Counted from the stretch's first letter, positions 13,783-27,741 are shown. The stretch is DNA of 64,000 bases from Octopus vulgaris (GCA_951406725.2 OX597822.1:53196001-53260000); one strand, 5' to 3'. Notes: a model not told the origin generated them from the sequence alone. Program-made: numbers and translations.

Positions 13783-14000
13783 GAAGAAGAAGAAGAAGAA
13801 GAAGAAGAAGAAGAAGAAGAAGAAGAAGAAGAAGAAGAAGAAGAAGAAGATCGAAAAATACTTTAGGAATGAGAACCCATTTTCGAATTTTCCCAAGACA
13901 CCTGATGAAGGCTGGGGGGTATTTCACCCGAAACGTTGTTAGCAACAAACAAGATGAGGACAAATGTCCGTCAAAAGTAAATAATGCAAATAATGTATAT
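13641..14000 (+). mobile_element. tRNA-head SINE with internal (AAT)n(GAA)n and a 3' hammerhead module
   Basis: A box TGGCATAGTGG, B box GAGTTCGATTCC (13641-13713), microsatellite, then the ~150 bp module also found at 53685-53835. Confidence 0.7.
13896..13940 (+). ncRNA. Minimal type I hammerhead ribozyme motif (partly decayed)
   Basis: AGACAC-CTGATGA-aGGCTG..CACCC-GAAAC-GTT-GT. Confidence 0.6.
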
Positions 14001-14039
14001 AATTCCTCATCTCTTAAATATAGAACGATAATAATAATA

Positions 14040-15008
14040 ATGAAAGGAAGCGGTTGGAATCTCCCCATGTCTTGATTGATGATACATCTCGTGATGGTAT
14101 CACAATAAAAACACTGGTAATTCGGGAAACTGTTAATCGCTACCTCATATGGGTGAGAATGAAAAAGCAAAATATTGTGAATTACGGTGGTAATGAAACT
14201 GAAGCCCTTAATGGTGACAGTGTTGCATCCGGAGGCTCAGAGATACCTGTCCGGCTCCAGCCTGTCGTTATCCAGCAAGGGATCAGCACACACCACGTAG
14301 ATAGAACAAACACGTCAATGCTGTGGTCATGCAGTGTTACTACCTGAGCAAACCTGTAGACGAAAATGATATTCATATTAGGGGATACCGACAACGTATG
14401 TATGATCAATGGAGAGAAAGAGGATTGTTTCAACTCACGGAACAGTGATTATGTGATCAAGCTAGAGTAATAAGAAAAAATCGTTGGTTCACAGAACTGG
14501 AGCTCAAAGCTAGCAAAAGACGGGTCAGCAACAGAGGAAACGATGAAAATACAGATTCTACTGATAAAAGTAATCTCGAAACAGAAAACAGACGCGAAAT
14601 CTCTAATAAATCTCTAACAAGGAGCTGTGATAGAGTGCTCAATGAGAGACATATGGATGGTTTGGAAGAAGACAATAAAACTAATGGTGATATGACAGAT
14701 GGGCAAAAGACAATCTACGACAGAATAAAGGCAAGCCTACAGGAGAGCGATAGGGACATTATTTGCAATCTTAGAAAGGTTGATCGGTGGAAATTGAACC
14801 AAGAAACGAAAAATGTGAGTGAAATTCTGAAATACGTCACAACAAAAAACATCACAGAAACAAGTAATTTGATCAAGGCAGCAAGTACTGTTGTAGCGGA
14901 AAATGTCGGTGTTGATGTCAAAAAAACAGAAATATAATGGGAGTGACAAAAGAAATGATCCATGGTGGAAAAGAGGAATACAGACGGGGTCAGACATGCT
15001 CTCGAATG
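14040..15008 (+). mobile_element. Decayed N-terminal part of an R4/Dong-type LINE ORF
   Basis: DQARVIRKNRWFTELEL, NITETSNLIKAASTVV and PWWKR motifs; bounded by TAA/TTA tracts. Confidence 0.65.
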
Positions 15009-15009
15009 A

Positions 15010-15143
<134 letters not shown>

Positions 15144-15149
15144 GTATAA

Positions 15150-15580
15150 GGCAACGAGCTGGCAGAATCATTAGTGCGCCGAGCAAAATGTTTAGCTACA
15201 TTTACATTCTGAGTTCAAATTCCGCTGAGTTCGACTATTTCTTTTATAAAATAAATACCAGTTGAGCACTGGGGGATCGATGTAATCGACTTATATCCAC
15301 CCCCGAAATTTATGACATTGTACTGAACTTTAAAACCAATATTTTTCTTCTTTAATTTTAAGGCGGCGAGTTATCGGAATCGTTTGTACATCGGGAAAAA
15401 TGTTAGTGGTATTACGTCCGTCCGTCCGTAGGTCGGAGTTCAAATCCTGCAGACGTCGACTTTGCTTTTCATCCTTTCGTGGTCGATAAATTAAGTACCA
15501 GCAAAACAATAGGGTCGATGTAATCAATTAGTTCCCTCCATCAAAATTTCAGGCCTTATACCTATAGTAGAAAGGATTAT
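15150..15580 (+). mobile_element. Two tandem SINE family B copies
   Basis: GAGTTCAAAT B-box and GTCGACTTTGC..GTACCAG core seen twice. Confidence 0.7.
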
Positions 15581-16436
15581 CATAATTAATGATAGTAGCA
15601 GTAACAGCAGCAGCCCGATACAGTTCTTTTGAAATTTTCTCATGCCACATTTCTGCCAATACGATATGGTAATCTTCCTCTCAAGACTTCCATTAACTGT
15701 AGTTACACAGACATGATACACGAAAATATGAAGTCATCGCACGTAAAAGGTGTCAACAGTCTGGGCATATCATTACTGTAATTACAACTCAGTTATAAAA
15801 ATGTATCCCAACGGCTATATTTCTAGCCACGATGTCTTATATGTTTGTGTGAAAACGAACACAATGCACACGTTTGTTCAGTGTAAGCATATACTTGTCT
15901 GTTTGAGTGCATGAGCTTATGAGTGTGTGTGTGTGTGTGTGTGTGTGTCCAAGCCTGGCTCAATGGTTAGAAGATTCGCCTAGCAATTATGTAATTTCAA
16001 GTCCGAACTAATTTTTTCGCTGTAGTGACATGGGCGAACGTCTTTTATCAAAGTCACGGTTATGGGTGATCCTTAAAAGTAGACATTTTGTCGGTAATTA
16101 AATGATGCTGCAATGTTACACACAGTTATAATAATTTTACTTCAAAAATAAATTAAGGGACCGTGACTGTAATATATTCAGATATATTAATTCAAATATT
16201 TGTAGTACTGTATTGTCCTCTTCCCCAAATACAGATGGCCCCTGTGCAAAGACATTCCGAACACGGACAGGTGTTGCAAAGAGTGACCACAGCTAATTTA
16301 CCGGTTGGAGAACATTGCTATTTAGAAATTAAATAATGAGGGCAGAATTAATCAATTAATATCAATTACAACCAGTGGCATAGCGTATTAAAAAAATCCG
16401 AAGATTGATGTTAATTGATTAATGTAAATTTCTACC

Positions 16437-16489
<53 letters not shown>

Positions 16490-18174
16490 ATGATAATAAT
16501 ATTATTAGGGAGTAAATCCAAACTTACAGGGAAAAATTAGATTTAGGATTAAATCTAATTTTACAGTATAAATATAGATATAATTTAAATTAGAGATAAA
16601 ACCACTATTAGGCAAATCAATAGTGGTTTTATCTCTAATTTAATTTCCTGCTGTACTCTTTCGCCACAACTTTCTCTCACCCTTTCTTCTGTTGGCTTGC
16701 TGGCTTTGAAGGCTAAAACAATGCGAAGCGCATTGTGACCACGATGTGTAGTAACAGCTGATAGCCTGGTCGGTCACGGTGATCACAGTGATATATACAT
16801 ATATAGAGAGGGAGAGAGGAGGGAGTGAGAGAGGGGGAAAGAGAGATAGATAAATAGATATGTAAATATATTTGTATATATATTTAAGTATGCATTACAT
16901 GTGTATGTATGTTTTTGCTGAAAAAGTTGATTAAACATAGAGAAATAGGGCACTGAATAAGAGAGGCAGTTCTTTCTATGGTTTATTTGAGGGCGAAATT
17001 TTCATTAACAGTTCATCCAGATTTTGTGATTCTGCTTTTCCGACAGCAACAGATGTTCGAACCAGAATAACCAGTAATCATCTATTTTCCCATCTATTTC
17101 TACCTCATATTCTCTATTTCTCTCCCTGTCACTCTCACTCTTTCATTCTCTCCTTCTTTCTCTCTCTCTCTCTCTTTTACTCTGCCCTACTCTCTTATTC
17201 TCTTTCTTGCTCAACCAGCATGTGTAAGTACTATACGCACACGTATATATACATACACATACATACATGCACTTACATGTGTGTGTGTGTATGCGTGTGC
17301 GTGCAAGCGTGTGTGTTTGCGTATGTGTGTATGTGCGTTTGCGTTTATGTATGTGTGTGCGTACGTGTGTGTGTATGTGTGTGTGTGCGTGTGCGTGTCG
17401 TTTACGCCTTCGATTAGTTTATCCAGGGGACTTTTATTCTAATATTCAATTTGCTATTATTTGTATCTTTATCTACATACATCTTCACCGTCCAAAAAGA
17501 TTTATTTCATTCATACACACACACAAACATACACACACACGCACACACGCATGCTTGCACGCGCACACACACATATTTTATATATCTTATATTTACAAGT
17601 ACGTACGTATGTATGTATATGTGTATGCATGTATGTATGTATGCATGTATATATGTATGCATATATGTTTGTATATATGCATGTATGCATGTATGCATGT
17701 ATATATGTATGCATATATGTTTGTATATATGCATGTATGCATGTATGTTTGATAGTATGTATGTATGTATGTTTGTATGTATGTATATTCGTATGGGCAT
17801 TGCAAGGGAACAGTCTGCAAAAGTGAATTACAAGGCAAATACGAAAAAAGTCTGTAAAAATTGTTCAAAAGAAAAGGGGAAGCAATTCAATTTGATGTGA
17901 AGATTAGATTGGATACGGAGACAATGAGTCACCCGCCTGTTCCTCATGACTCTGTGAAGACTCGAGAAAGTAAGGTTGCGGTGTCTAGGCGTGTTTATAA
18001 ACTACTCTTCTGCTTTGTAATGAATGGATGCAGAAATAATAAGGAAAATATGATTACGAAAATATCGTGTAAAACGATTTCATGTTGAAGCTCCAGGAAA
18101 ACAGCTTTTTCAGTAAATCAGTTATTTTCAAGGAGGAAATCGTTACACGTTATTACATGAGTGAATATATCAGT

Positions 18175-18358
18175 ATTCTTTTACATGTTTTAGTCATTTG
18201 ACTGCGGCCATGCTGGAGCATCACCTTAAAGAGTTTTAGTCGAACAAATCAACCCCCAGAACTTATTCTTTGTAAGCTTAGTGCTTATTCTATTGGTTTC
18301 TTTTGCCGAACCGCTATGTTACTGAGACATAAACACACCAGCATCGGTTGTCAAGCAA
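18175..18358 (-). mobile_element. SINE family A, 3' part
   Basis: Matches 6545-6715. Confidence 0.8.
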
Positions 18359-18439
18359 TGGCATAATTCAAGAACCTCTTTCTGTAGTGCATCTGATATT
18401 AAGAATAAATTTACTTAGCACTCCTAAGCCACGGACAGA

Positions 18440-19110
18440 GGCATGTTGTTCACGCAGGATTAGGAATGAATGCCCAGTGGACGGCCGATGTAACAAGTGT
18501 ACCAAGCAAAAGTAGCCTCAAACGGAAGCAGTACAAATATCAATAGCATCAATGCCAACACAGGAACACAAACTAAAATTTATATCGGAACTTGTGAATC
18601 GAGATTTAAAATTCGCCTGAACAACCACAGATCTTCTTTCAGGGTCCCGGGAAGACGCAACACAACAACACTTGCAGCATACGTATGGCGTCTAAAGGAC
18701 GACCATACGCCCTTTAACATCAGGTGGAGATTATTGGAAACATGTGGACCCTATCGTAATGGAACAAGACTGTGTAAATTATGTTTGGCAGAAAGATTTA
18801 TAATTCTCATGAACTCACATGAGCCAGGAGGCTACCTTAACTCCAGGACGGAAGCCGTGGGGAGTTGTCTACGTTTTCGGAAATTTTTACTTCAAAATTG
18901 GAAAACCTAGCTATGAAGCGACGGAAGACAACTCGCCGGCCATATTTTTAAAGAGGATTATTTCTTGAACTATCACCGGCGGTCTTGTGTTTTAAAACAA
19001 ACATTATTTGTAGAAAACGGTTACTGTTTAGATAAACTGAAGAGATATCTAGTTCACGCTAGATATGAAACCAATGTTTTTTTTCTTAACTTATGTTACA
19101 CATACACAAA
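18440..19110 (+). mobile_element. 5'-truncated Penelope-like element (Neptune-type), GIY-YIG endonuclease + 3' region
   Basis: Cys linker CCS..ECPVDGRC, VYQAKV..KIYIGTCESRFKIRLNNH..CKLCLAE..LNSRTE (ORF 18497-18910); HHR downstream. Confidence 0.9.
19030..19086 (+). ncRNA. PLE-associated hammerhead motif
   Basis: CTGAAGA, stem II ATATCTAG/CTAGATAT, GAAAC-caat-GTT; weak A/T stem I. Confidence 0.6.
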
Positions 19111-19124
19111 TATATATATATGAA

Positions 19125-21373
19125 TAAATGAAAGAATGGAGTCGAACGAAGATGTTAACAAAATTCCTTTACTCTCGACATATGTTTCGAAGACAACATG
19201 GTTTCATTCCAAAGGAATAAAGGGTGCATTATGCAATCTTCTCATCGGGAAAGAAAGGGAGCCCCTCTCGACAACAAGACAAACAAAAATTTCGATGGCT
19301 GCCTACATGGTAAACAAAACGATAATGAGTGTTTTTAAAAAAACCGTTAGAAGAATTGACGTCAAAGATAGATAGTAGGAAGAGAAGGGTTAAATGAAAA
19401 ATAGGTAGGGAACAAGTGGAGAGGGAAGGGTACGTTGATTGAAAGAATGTTCGAAGGCTTAGGAAAGAATTTCGCTATTGAAGTGGAGTGCACGTTAAGC
19501 TAATTGTTCAAACCACAGTGACTATCATTATCATTTATATGAGTAAAAAGTATGTTTCTGCCAGTGTTTACATTTGTATGATTTTTCTATGAGTGTGTTT
19601 ACAGGGGGAACCTTAGAGAAGAGAATATGGAAGAGTTCAGAGTTGCAAATGTTACAAAATCTCCTGCCCTTATCAAAAGGAACGGATACAGACAGTATGA
19701 ACCAATCTAACTTGAAATTTATATTGTTGTCTTTAAGACGCCAAACTAATTTACTTAGCCCTGTACTATGTCGTTTTTTACTATCCCTGAATGTTGAATA
19801 ATGGTTTGAAATTCTCTTGGATAACTGGGAAGTGGACGCTCCTATATAGAAGAAGACAACCGTACCGGAAGAAATGCTACACTGGTAAATAGAATTCTTA
19901 ATCTTAGAATTACTAGACAAAAATTTAATTCTGTTGGGGTTGTCCTCCGAGATCGAAACGAAGTTTTTATTGCTATGATTGTTGTTACTATTATTATTAG
20001 CGCCAACAACTACCCTATTTCTATTATTATTAGTATTATTAATGGTAATACAACCAGTAATACCACCGACAATAATACCGTTATTGTTATTACCATCAAC
20101 ATTACCATTGTTATTAACACGACTAATACTATTATTAATATTATCATTGTTAACACTATCGCTGCTACCAATGCTATTACTATTAATACTATTCCTATTA
20201 TTATGATTGTATGATGGGTTGGAATTAGCAAGATTAGTGTTGGAACTCCCGGGTGAAGAATCTTTGTTTAGCAGCTTGGTATTGTGAGAAGATATAATTT
20301 GTGAAAGATTTCTAGTGTTAGAGAAAGCGATTCTAACTATGTGGGAATTAATAATAGAATGATATCTAGAATTTCTGGGAAAGTTCCTAGCAACGGCTTC
20401 ACGGAACTGCAAGGGAAGGTTCGATTTAATTTGTTTTCCGAAAGGTATTACGAACCAGATACAGTTTTTTGTGGCCTTTGAATTGTACTTAGTATTATTT
20501 GTGAAAGTAAGGGGAAAATTTCTGGGTTGGAAATTTGGGGTTGAATGGCGCTTACCTCCCCTAGTCCGTAAAGAGTTTATTTTATGTACAGGGTTGCTGG
20601 CACTATTAGAATTGAAATCACTATTCCTGTTACGAGTAACTTTTCTATCTGGAGAAGCAGATGTTGGTTTAGAATGAGCTGAATCGATGTATGACACTTT
20701 CTCCTTATAACCGGCTTTTAACAAGGCGGCATTATAGAAGTCTGCCTTTTGGTTAAAGATGTCGACATTGGCAGATAATTTAGACAGTCTCAAAGATATG
20801 TTTTTGACTAAATTATCGGTAACTGCCTGGCATGATTACTGTAAATGCTAATATACTTAAGATTTGTGGAAGGTTTATGATAAGGGAAGTATGAGTTATT
20901 CTGCAAATTGAAGATAATGTCTAAGAAGTTGGCTTTAGTTAATTCATCGTCAAAAACGATGCGCAAGCCCATTCTACTAAAAAACCTAACTAATCTGTTT
21001 TTAACCTTCTGTATTGGAGGTAAAGCAGACAATCGTCGCGATAAAGACGTCCACAGATGTCCGGGAATTGGTCGGCCATTTCATAAAGAATATAAATTCC
21101 GACCAAATCGGCTATCTGGACGCTGTTTGTACTTCCCATTAGTCTTTATCGCGACGATTGTCTGCTTTACCTCCAAAACGTTTCGAATCAAAAAATACAG
21201 AAGGTTAAGAACAGATTAGTTAGGTTTTTTAGTAGAATGGGCTTGCGCATCGTTTTTGACGATGAATTAACTAAAGCCAACTTCTTAGACATTACCCTCA
21301 ATTTGCAGAATAACTCATACTTCCCTTATCATAAACCTTCCACAAATCTTAAGTATATTAGCATTTACAGTAA
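19125..21373 (-). mobile_element. Penelope-like element (RT C-half + GIY-YIG) with 5' inversion
   Basis: DLVGIYIL..LYRDDCL (RT catalytic motif, ~21020-21110), NFLDI..PYHKP..SNH, then ORF 19531-20793 with SIYQ..FYIGAS..CNICNSE; 21142-21373 is an inverted copy of ~20836-21048. Confidence 0.9.
19172..19253 (-). ncRNA. PLE-associated hammerhead motif (CCGAUGA variant)
   Basis: Reverse strand CTTTC-CCGATGA-GAAGA..TCTTC-GAAAC-ATAT-GTC-GAGAG; palindromic stem III. Confidence 0.75.
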
Positions 21374-21519
21374 TACACAAATTTCTGCACATGAACCCGG
21401 AGTTTCTACCCTTGGACAGGTCGCTTCAACCGTGTTTATGACGTGAATTTGCTACCCTGGTTTCGGTTCAACGAATTTTCCATGCTGACGATAAACATAG
21501 GATAATTCATTCACCTATT

Positions 21520-21586
<67 letters not shown>

Positions 21587-21743
21587 GGTAACATTCAGTG
21601 ACATTATCTTGGTCAGCCTATGAACTTTTTAGTCAACGCCCGTATATCAAATGTTGGCTTTAAAGAAGTATGGATTGTATTAGAAAGTTACGTTAAGGTA
21701 CATGTACGTATTAGGGGGGATGAGGCGCTGTATTCTGATTTTG

Positions 21744-22097
21744 CAGAAGCATCTTGGAATTCATCAAACCTTTTAGAGGAAGGTTAAATTTGAAAGGCTA
21801 ATCTTTCTTCTTGTTCAAAGGATAAATTTCTAATTCTAAATGTTAGTTTTTACTCTGTTTTGCTATAAATGTAGGATAGTTGTTTTGAGAGAAAGAATCG
21901 TGGCTTCTCCTGTCGTAAACGACATATTGAAGATTCTTCGATTTCTTGCCGACAGCCTGCACAGATGATTTGATCTGGTGACCAAATGTTTGTGCCGTAC
22001 AAATCAACATTTCCTGTACGAGTGAATTGTGTGCCACACGTCAGATGATGAAATGATCGAAGGGAAACGTGACATGAAGTGATCTACTCAAGAACAC
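21744..22097 (+). repeat. Dispersed duplication, second copy 24602-24917
   Basis: Long runs of identity visible, e.g. AAATTTCTAATTCTAAATGTTAGTTTTTACTCTGTTTTGCTATAAATGTAGG. Confidence 0.85.
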
Positions 22098-22699
22098 AAC
22101 TAACCAGGAATATAAACCACGATCTCGTCATCGTGAGCACAAAACCTTAACCACTAGTCCCACGCGTCCTCACATGAATAAAAGAATAAGGAAATAATAA
22201 AAGAAGAAAAAAGAACAAAGAACTAGAACAAAGGTCAATCCCAAAAGTTTCAATTGTCCACACTTATACAATTATAAGGAGTATCGGAATCCTCACACCC
22301 ATACAAAGACACATCTTAATAACCATAACCTTTTAATACAACATCTACATCGTTGAATTAGGATTTAAAGGCATTGTATTATCCCATCCACCCAGACGTA
22401 TCTAAAATTAACTCATCCTAATAAAAAAACTGAAAAGGTTTTAGCTACCTCATTGTGTGTGGATTACAATGAGAGTAGAATGTTTAATCTTTCAATAGAA
22501 ATATTGATCTAACACAGATACAGGAGCACAAACTCGGTGGCGGGAGGATAATAATAATCACCCTATAAATTAATTTATCGGCCTCCCACCAAAACAATAT
22601 CACATAAGGAGTTGTATTTGGGGGCGAGTTGTTGGCATCCTTTTGTCTCGAGAGACAATGGAGTTGCGTATAAACTAATCCAATCTGGTTTTTACATTT

Positions 22700-22920
22700 C
22701 ATGTCCTCTCCAGTTTCCTCTCCGGTTTTGCACAGGCCTGGGCTAGATGTAAGAAAATCCTGGATAGCCCAGTCATCAGGATTCCTCTCTCGACCTTGCT
22801 GACGTAGTTCAAAGGCGTGCAGAGCATTACGTTTGGCACCAGCTTGGTTGCAGAAGCTGCTGGAAGAGTGTCGAGTCGAACACTAAACCGCCTTCGGGGC
22901 TCCACTCCGGATTTCTTTGA
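22700..22920 (+). mobile_element. Probable RTE-clade 5' region fragment
   Basis: TTTGGCACCAGCTTGGTTGCAG..CGCCTTCGGGGCTCCACTCCGGATTT resembles RTE 5'UTRs from memory; GC-rich relative to flanks. Confidence 0.45.
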
Positions 22921-24070
22921 AGGTTATCGCCATTGGGGGCGAGTATATACGGTTATTTTGACTTAATCCATAATTTAGCTTAATGTAAAGACATTGGAAC
23001 ACACTAAGCCTCAAATATGTGGTGGAGGAAGAATGAATAGGTAGAGATCAATTATATCGACAACAACATTTGACTGGTCCTTATTTTATCGATTTCTCAA
23101 TGATGAATAGTAACGCCGACCTTGGCAAAATTTGAACTTTGAACTTAAAAGTATTGTAATAAAGTAACGCAATGCATTTAGTACGTCGCTTTACTGACGG
23201 ACCATAAACCACAGAGAAATATTAGAAGCACAACCGGATAACATCGTGACAATAGTACAGGCTACAAGAGGCCTTGTCAGCTGCCGAGATGTCTCTAGCT
23301 ATATTGGCTATGCTTGTGTTTTATAGTGCATATAAATACATATTGAAACTATTAGCCTAGTACGAATAAGTCATTTCCAGCTAGAATCGATTTTTTTCTT
23401 TTACTAAAATCAGATCTCAAACATATTGTCTTGTAATAAACATTTGTGTGTGTGAGAGAGAGAGAGAGAGTGTGTCAGTTTGTATATTGGTTTGTGTAAG
23501 AGCAGAGATACACAGAGAGAAGGAGGAGAGAGAAGGAGAGAGAGAGAGAGAGATTGTATGTATGTGTGTGTCTAGGCAAACAGGCGTTTGTGACAGGGAA
23601 GAAAAAGAGAAAGGGAAAATGTACATGTACGAGAAAGTTTATGGATGGGGATGTGTTGTGTGTGTGTATGTGTATGTGAGTGTGCGCACGCGCGCCTGTG
23701 CAAATAGATAGAGTGTATGAGCATAAAAGTGTTTGTGAGAGAAAAGCGGGAGGAGAGAAATTTCAGTGTATGAGAAATGTAATAGGCAGAGATAGTGAGA
23801 CAGTGTGTAAATGAGGGAGAGTGTGTGCGCGCGCTTATGTGTTATATATGCATATATATACACACAAACACAAACACACACATCGCACACCGCACACATT
23901 TGCACACACACATATACGTGTACACAGATACACTCACACATACGCGCGCACACACATGCACACATACTTACACTCATTTTCTCTTATAGTATTCTTGATG
24001 TTAATTGCATTATAAAATGTCACTTAGGACTTCACATAAATTAAACAGTTCTTAATATATTTCTTAATTA

Positions 24071-24355
24071 AGGCGAGGAGCTGGCTGAATCGGTAGCACG
24101 ATTAGGCTTAGCAGAATTTCGTCCGACTTCACGTTCTGAGTTCAAATTCCGCCGAGGTCGGCTTTGTCTTTCATCTATTCACAATCGATAAAATAAAAAT
24201 CAGTTGATCATTGGGGTCGATCTAATTGATTTTACCCTCCCAGAACTTGCTGGCCTTTTGCCAGAATTCGAAACCTATACCTTTCTTTCACGTCAAGCAG
24301 CATTTCATCCGTCGCTACGTTCTGAGTTCAAGTTCCGCCGAGGTGGACTTTGCTA
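24071..24355 (+). mobile_element. SINE family B copies
   Basis: CGTTCTGAGTTCAAATTCCGCCGAGGT seen twice. Confidence 0.7.
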
Positions 24356-24922
24356 CCAAAACAAAACCACCTATGGACTTACATTTGTGGGCGAGTATAT
24401 GTGGTTATTTCTACTCTAGTTCATAATTTAGCTTAATTTAAAGACCTCGGAAGACACTAAGCCTCAAATATATGGTGAAAGCGGTCGATAGAATGGGTAC
24501 CAGATGAACATTGTGTGTCTGTGTGTGCTCATATATGTGCGAATCATCTACTCTGAGCCATTCAACACACAGTCTCACAAGCATACGTACATACATACAT
24601 ACAGAAGCATCTTGGAATTCATCGAAAGTTTTAGAGGAAGGTTAAGTTTGGTAGGCTGACCTTTCTTCCGGTTCAAAGGACAAATTTCTAATTCTAAATG
24701 TTAGTTTTTACTCTGTTTTGCTATAAATGTAGGATAGTTGTTTTGAGAGAAAGAATCCTGGCCTCTCCTGTCGTAGACGACATATGAAGATTCTGCGATT
24801 CTTCTTGGAGACAGCCTGCACAGATGATTTGATCTGTTGACCAAATGTCACCAGATCAAATCATCAGACGTTGAAATGATCGCAGGAGATGTGACATGAA
24901 GTGATCTACTCAAGAACATTAT

Positions 24923-25004
<82 letters not shown>

Positions 25005-25007
25005 TAT

Positions 25008-25079
<72 letters not shown>

Positions 25080-25125
25080 CACGTCCTCGCGTTGTTGTGT
25101 TTTTTTGTGCTTTCTTGTTTGGATC

Positions 25126-25167
<42 letters not shown>

Positions 25168-25172
25168 GTATA

Positions 25173-25700
<528 letters not shown>

Positions 25701-26384
25701 CACGTTTCATACCTACGACTAGATGTAGAAACCTTACGAAATTGTCTCAAAGTATTATGTGTAGTACGAACTTGATAGTATGCAAGAAATGATAGTCATA
25801 TTTTGCCTCACATAGTGTATGGATCTATTCATTTGGAATATGTAAAGAAAATATATTGTTGAAATAGCCTTGATATGGTGTTGGCTTTCTCATCCATTTC
25901 TAGTCGCTTTTATTGCAGTTTGCAGTATTTACAAATCAATGAGATCCGAAGGAGTGAATGGACGATACGAATATTATTACATATTTCCATATATTACGGT
26001 GCGCATTACAGCACATTGTATGAAGTGCATAACATTATAAATAATATCATCCGTTTACGGAAACAATTGTAACGTGAATTTGACTTCTTTCCTCGGGTAT
26101 TCGATTCCTGCCACCATGTTGTGTCGTTGAGTAAAGCATTTTATTTCTCATTGCTCTAGTTCTCTCAGCTAACAAAAATGATTATTACCTGTATTTCAAA
26201 AATCCAGCCTTATCGCATTTTGTGTCATGTTAAATATCCCTGAGAACTACGTTACGGGTACACGCGTCTGTAGAGTGCTCAGCGACTCGCACGTTAATTA
26301 CATGAGCAGCTTGTTCCGTAGATCGGATCAAATGGATCCTGTGTGGTTGTAAGGACGGAGTTCCAGATAATTATTATATATATT

Positions 26385-26595
26385 CTTTTTATTCTAGGGA
26401 CATGGCCCGAACTTTTTGGGGAGGGGGCCAGTCGATTAGAGCGACCCCTGTACGCAACTGATACTAAATTTATCGTCCCCGAAAGGATAAAAGACAAAGT
26501 CGACCCGGTGGGATTTGAACTCACAATGTAAAGACAGACGAAATACTGCTGAGCATTTCGCCCGACGTGCTAACGTTTCAGCCAGCTCGCTGCCT
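26385..26595 (-). mobile_element. SINE family B
   Basis: Matches 2200-2360. Confidence 0.75.
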
Positions 26596-26613
26596 TAATT
26601 ATTATATGTATTG

Positions 26614-26759
<146 letters not shown>

Positions 26760-27191
26760 CATATATGTGTGTGTGGGAGAGAGAGAGAAAGAAAGTAAAG
26801 AATGCGATCAAACACAGTCCATGAAACAACTCGTAGAGATTCATAAGAGGATAATTACTTCATAAAGCATATCTTCACACATTTAGAAATATTTTCCCAA
26901 TAATCTCTAGGATAAGAGTGCTAAATACCATACAGGTGACATTCAGGGATGATATAAAGTAATGGTAGTGTGAAATAGTATAGGAGAATGGTATAAACTG
27001 TTAGACAAGCAACACTCAACATTATCAGTACTGCACATCTGAAAATAAATTATGTTTAAGATATACTTTATATGAACCATAATATTTTAAAATGAGCGTA
27101 GATTAAATTTATGATAAGCTCCTGAAGCATATGAAACATACCTGGATCTGAGTATTGTATGTATTTATTCATTATTCATTGATATTTATTC

Positions 27192-27222
<31 letters not shown>

Positions 27223-27227
27223 TTATA

Positions 27228-27436
27228 GTTAATCCAAACATGAAAACACAACAACGCGAGGACGTGAAACAAGTATAGTGTTATTGGACGCCCAGGAAAG
27301 GAAAGAAAGAAGGAGGCATTAACGTTTCGAGCGGAGCTCTTCGTCAGAATCATAGAAGAAGGAAAGATTCAAGGAAGGGAAGACAGAGGGGAAAAAATCG
27401 CCAACGATACACACGCGGTCACATTTTGAATGTCCT
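27228..27436 (-). mobile_element. (TA)n-embedded ~210 bp non-coding element with hammerhead
   Basis: A partial copy lies at 25078-25128 in the opposite orientation; both are flanked by (TA)n. Confidence 0.7.
27318..27351 (-). ncRNA. Minimal hammerhead motif
   Basis: Reverse strand CTGACGA-aGAGC-tcc-GCTC-GAAAC-GTT; palindromic AACGTT stem III; short stem I. Confidence 0.65.
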
Positions 27437-27467
27437 TATATATATATATATAAATATATATATAAAA

Positions 27468-27506
<39 letters not shown>

Positions 27507-27533
27507 GATATATATATATATATATATATAATA

Positions 27534-27564
<31 letters not shown>

Positions 27565-27644
27565 CTATACACTATATAATAAGAAGGAAATGGAAAGTTT
27601 TAACAGATAGACCTCAATTTATTAACATGTCGTCAATTCTTTGT

Positions 27645-27741
27645 TACCTACAATTGTTTCCATACTTAACTCATTCAATTACAAATTAATAAACTTAAAT
27701 TGTATCTTGAAAATAGTGAGTTAAATACTTCATCAGGGTGA
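27645..27741 (-). ncRNA. Hammerhead motif with long stem II
   Basis: Reverse strand ACC-CTGATGA-agTATTTAACTCA..TGAGTTAAGTAtg-GAAAC-AATT-GTA-GGT. Confidence 0.7.
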
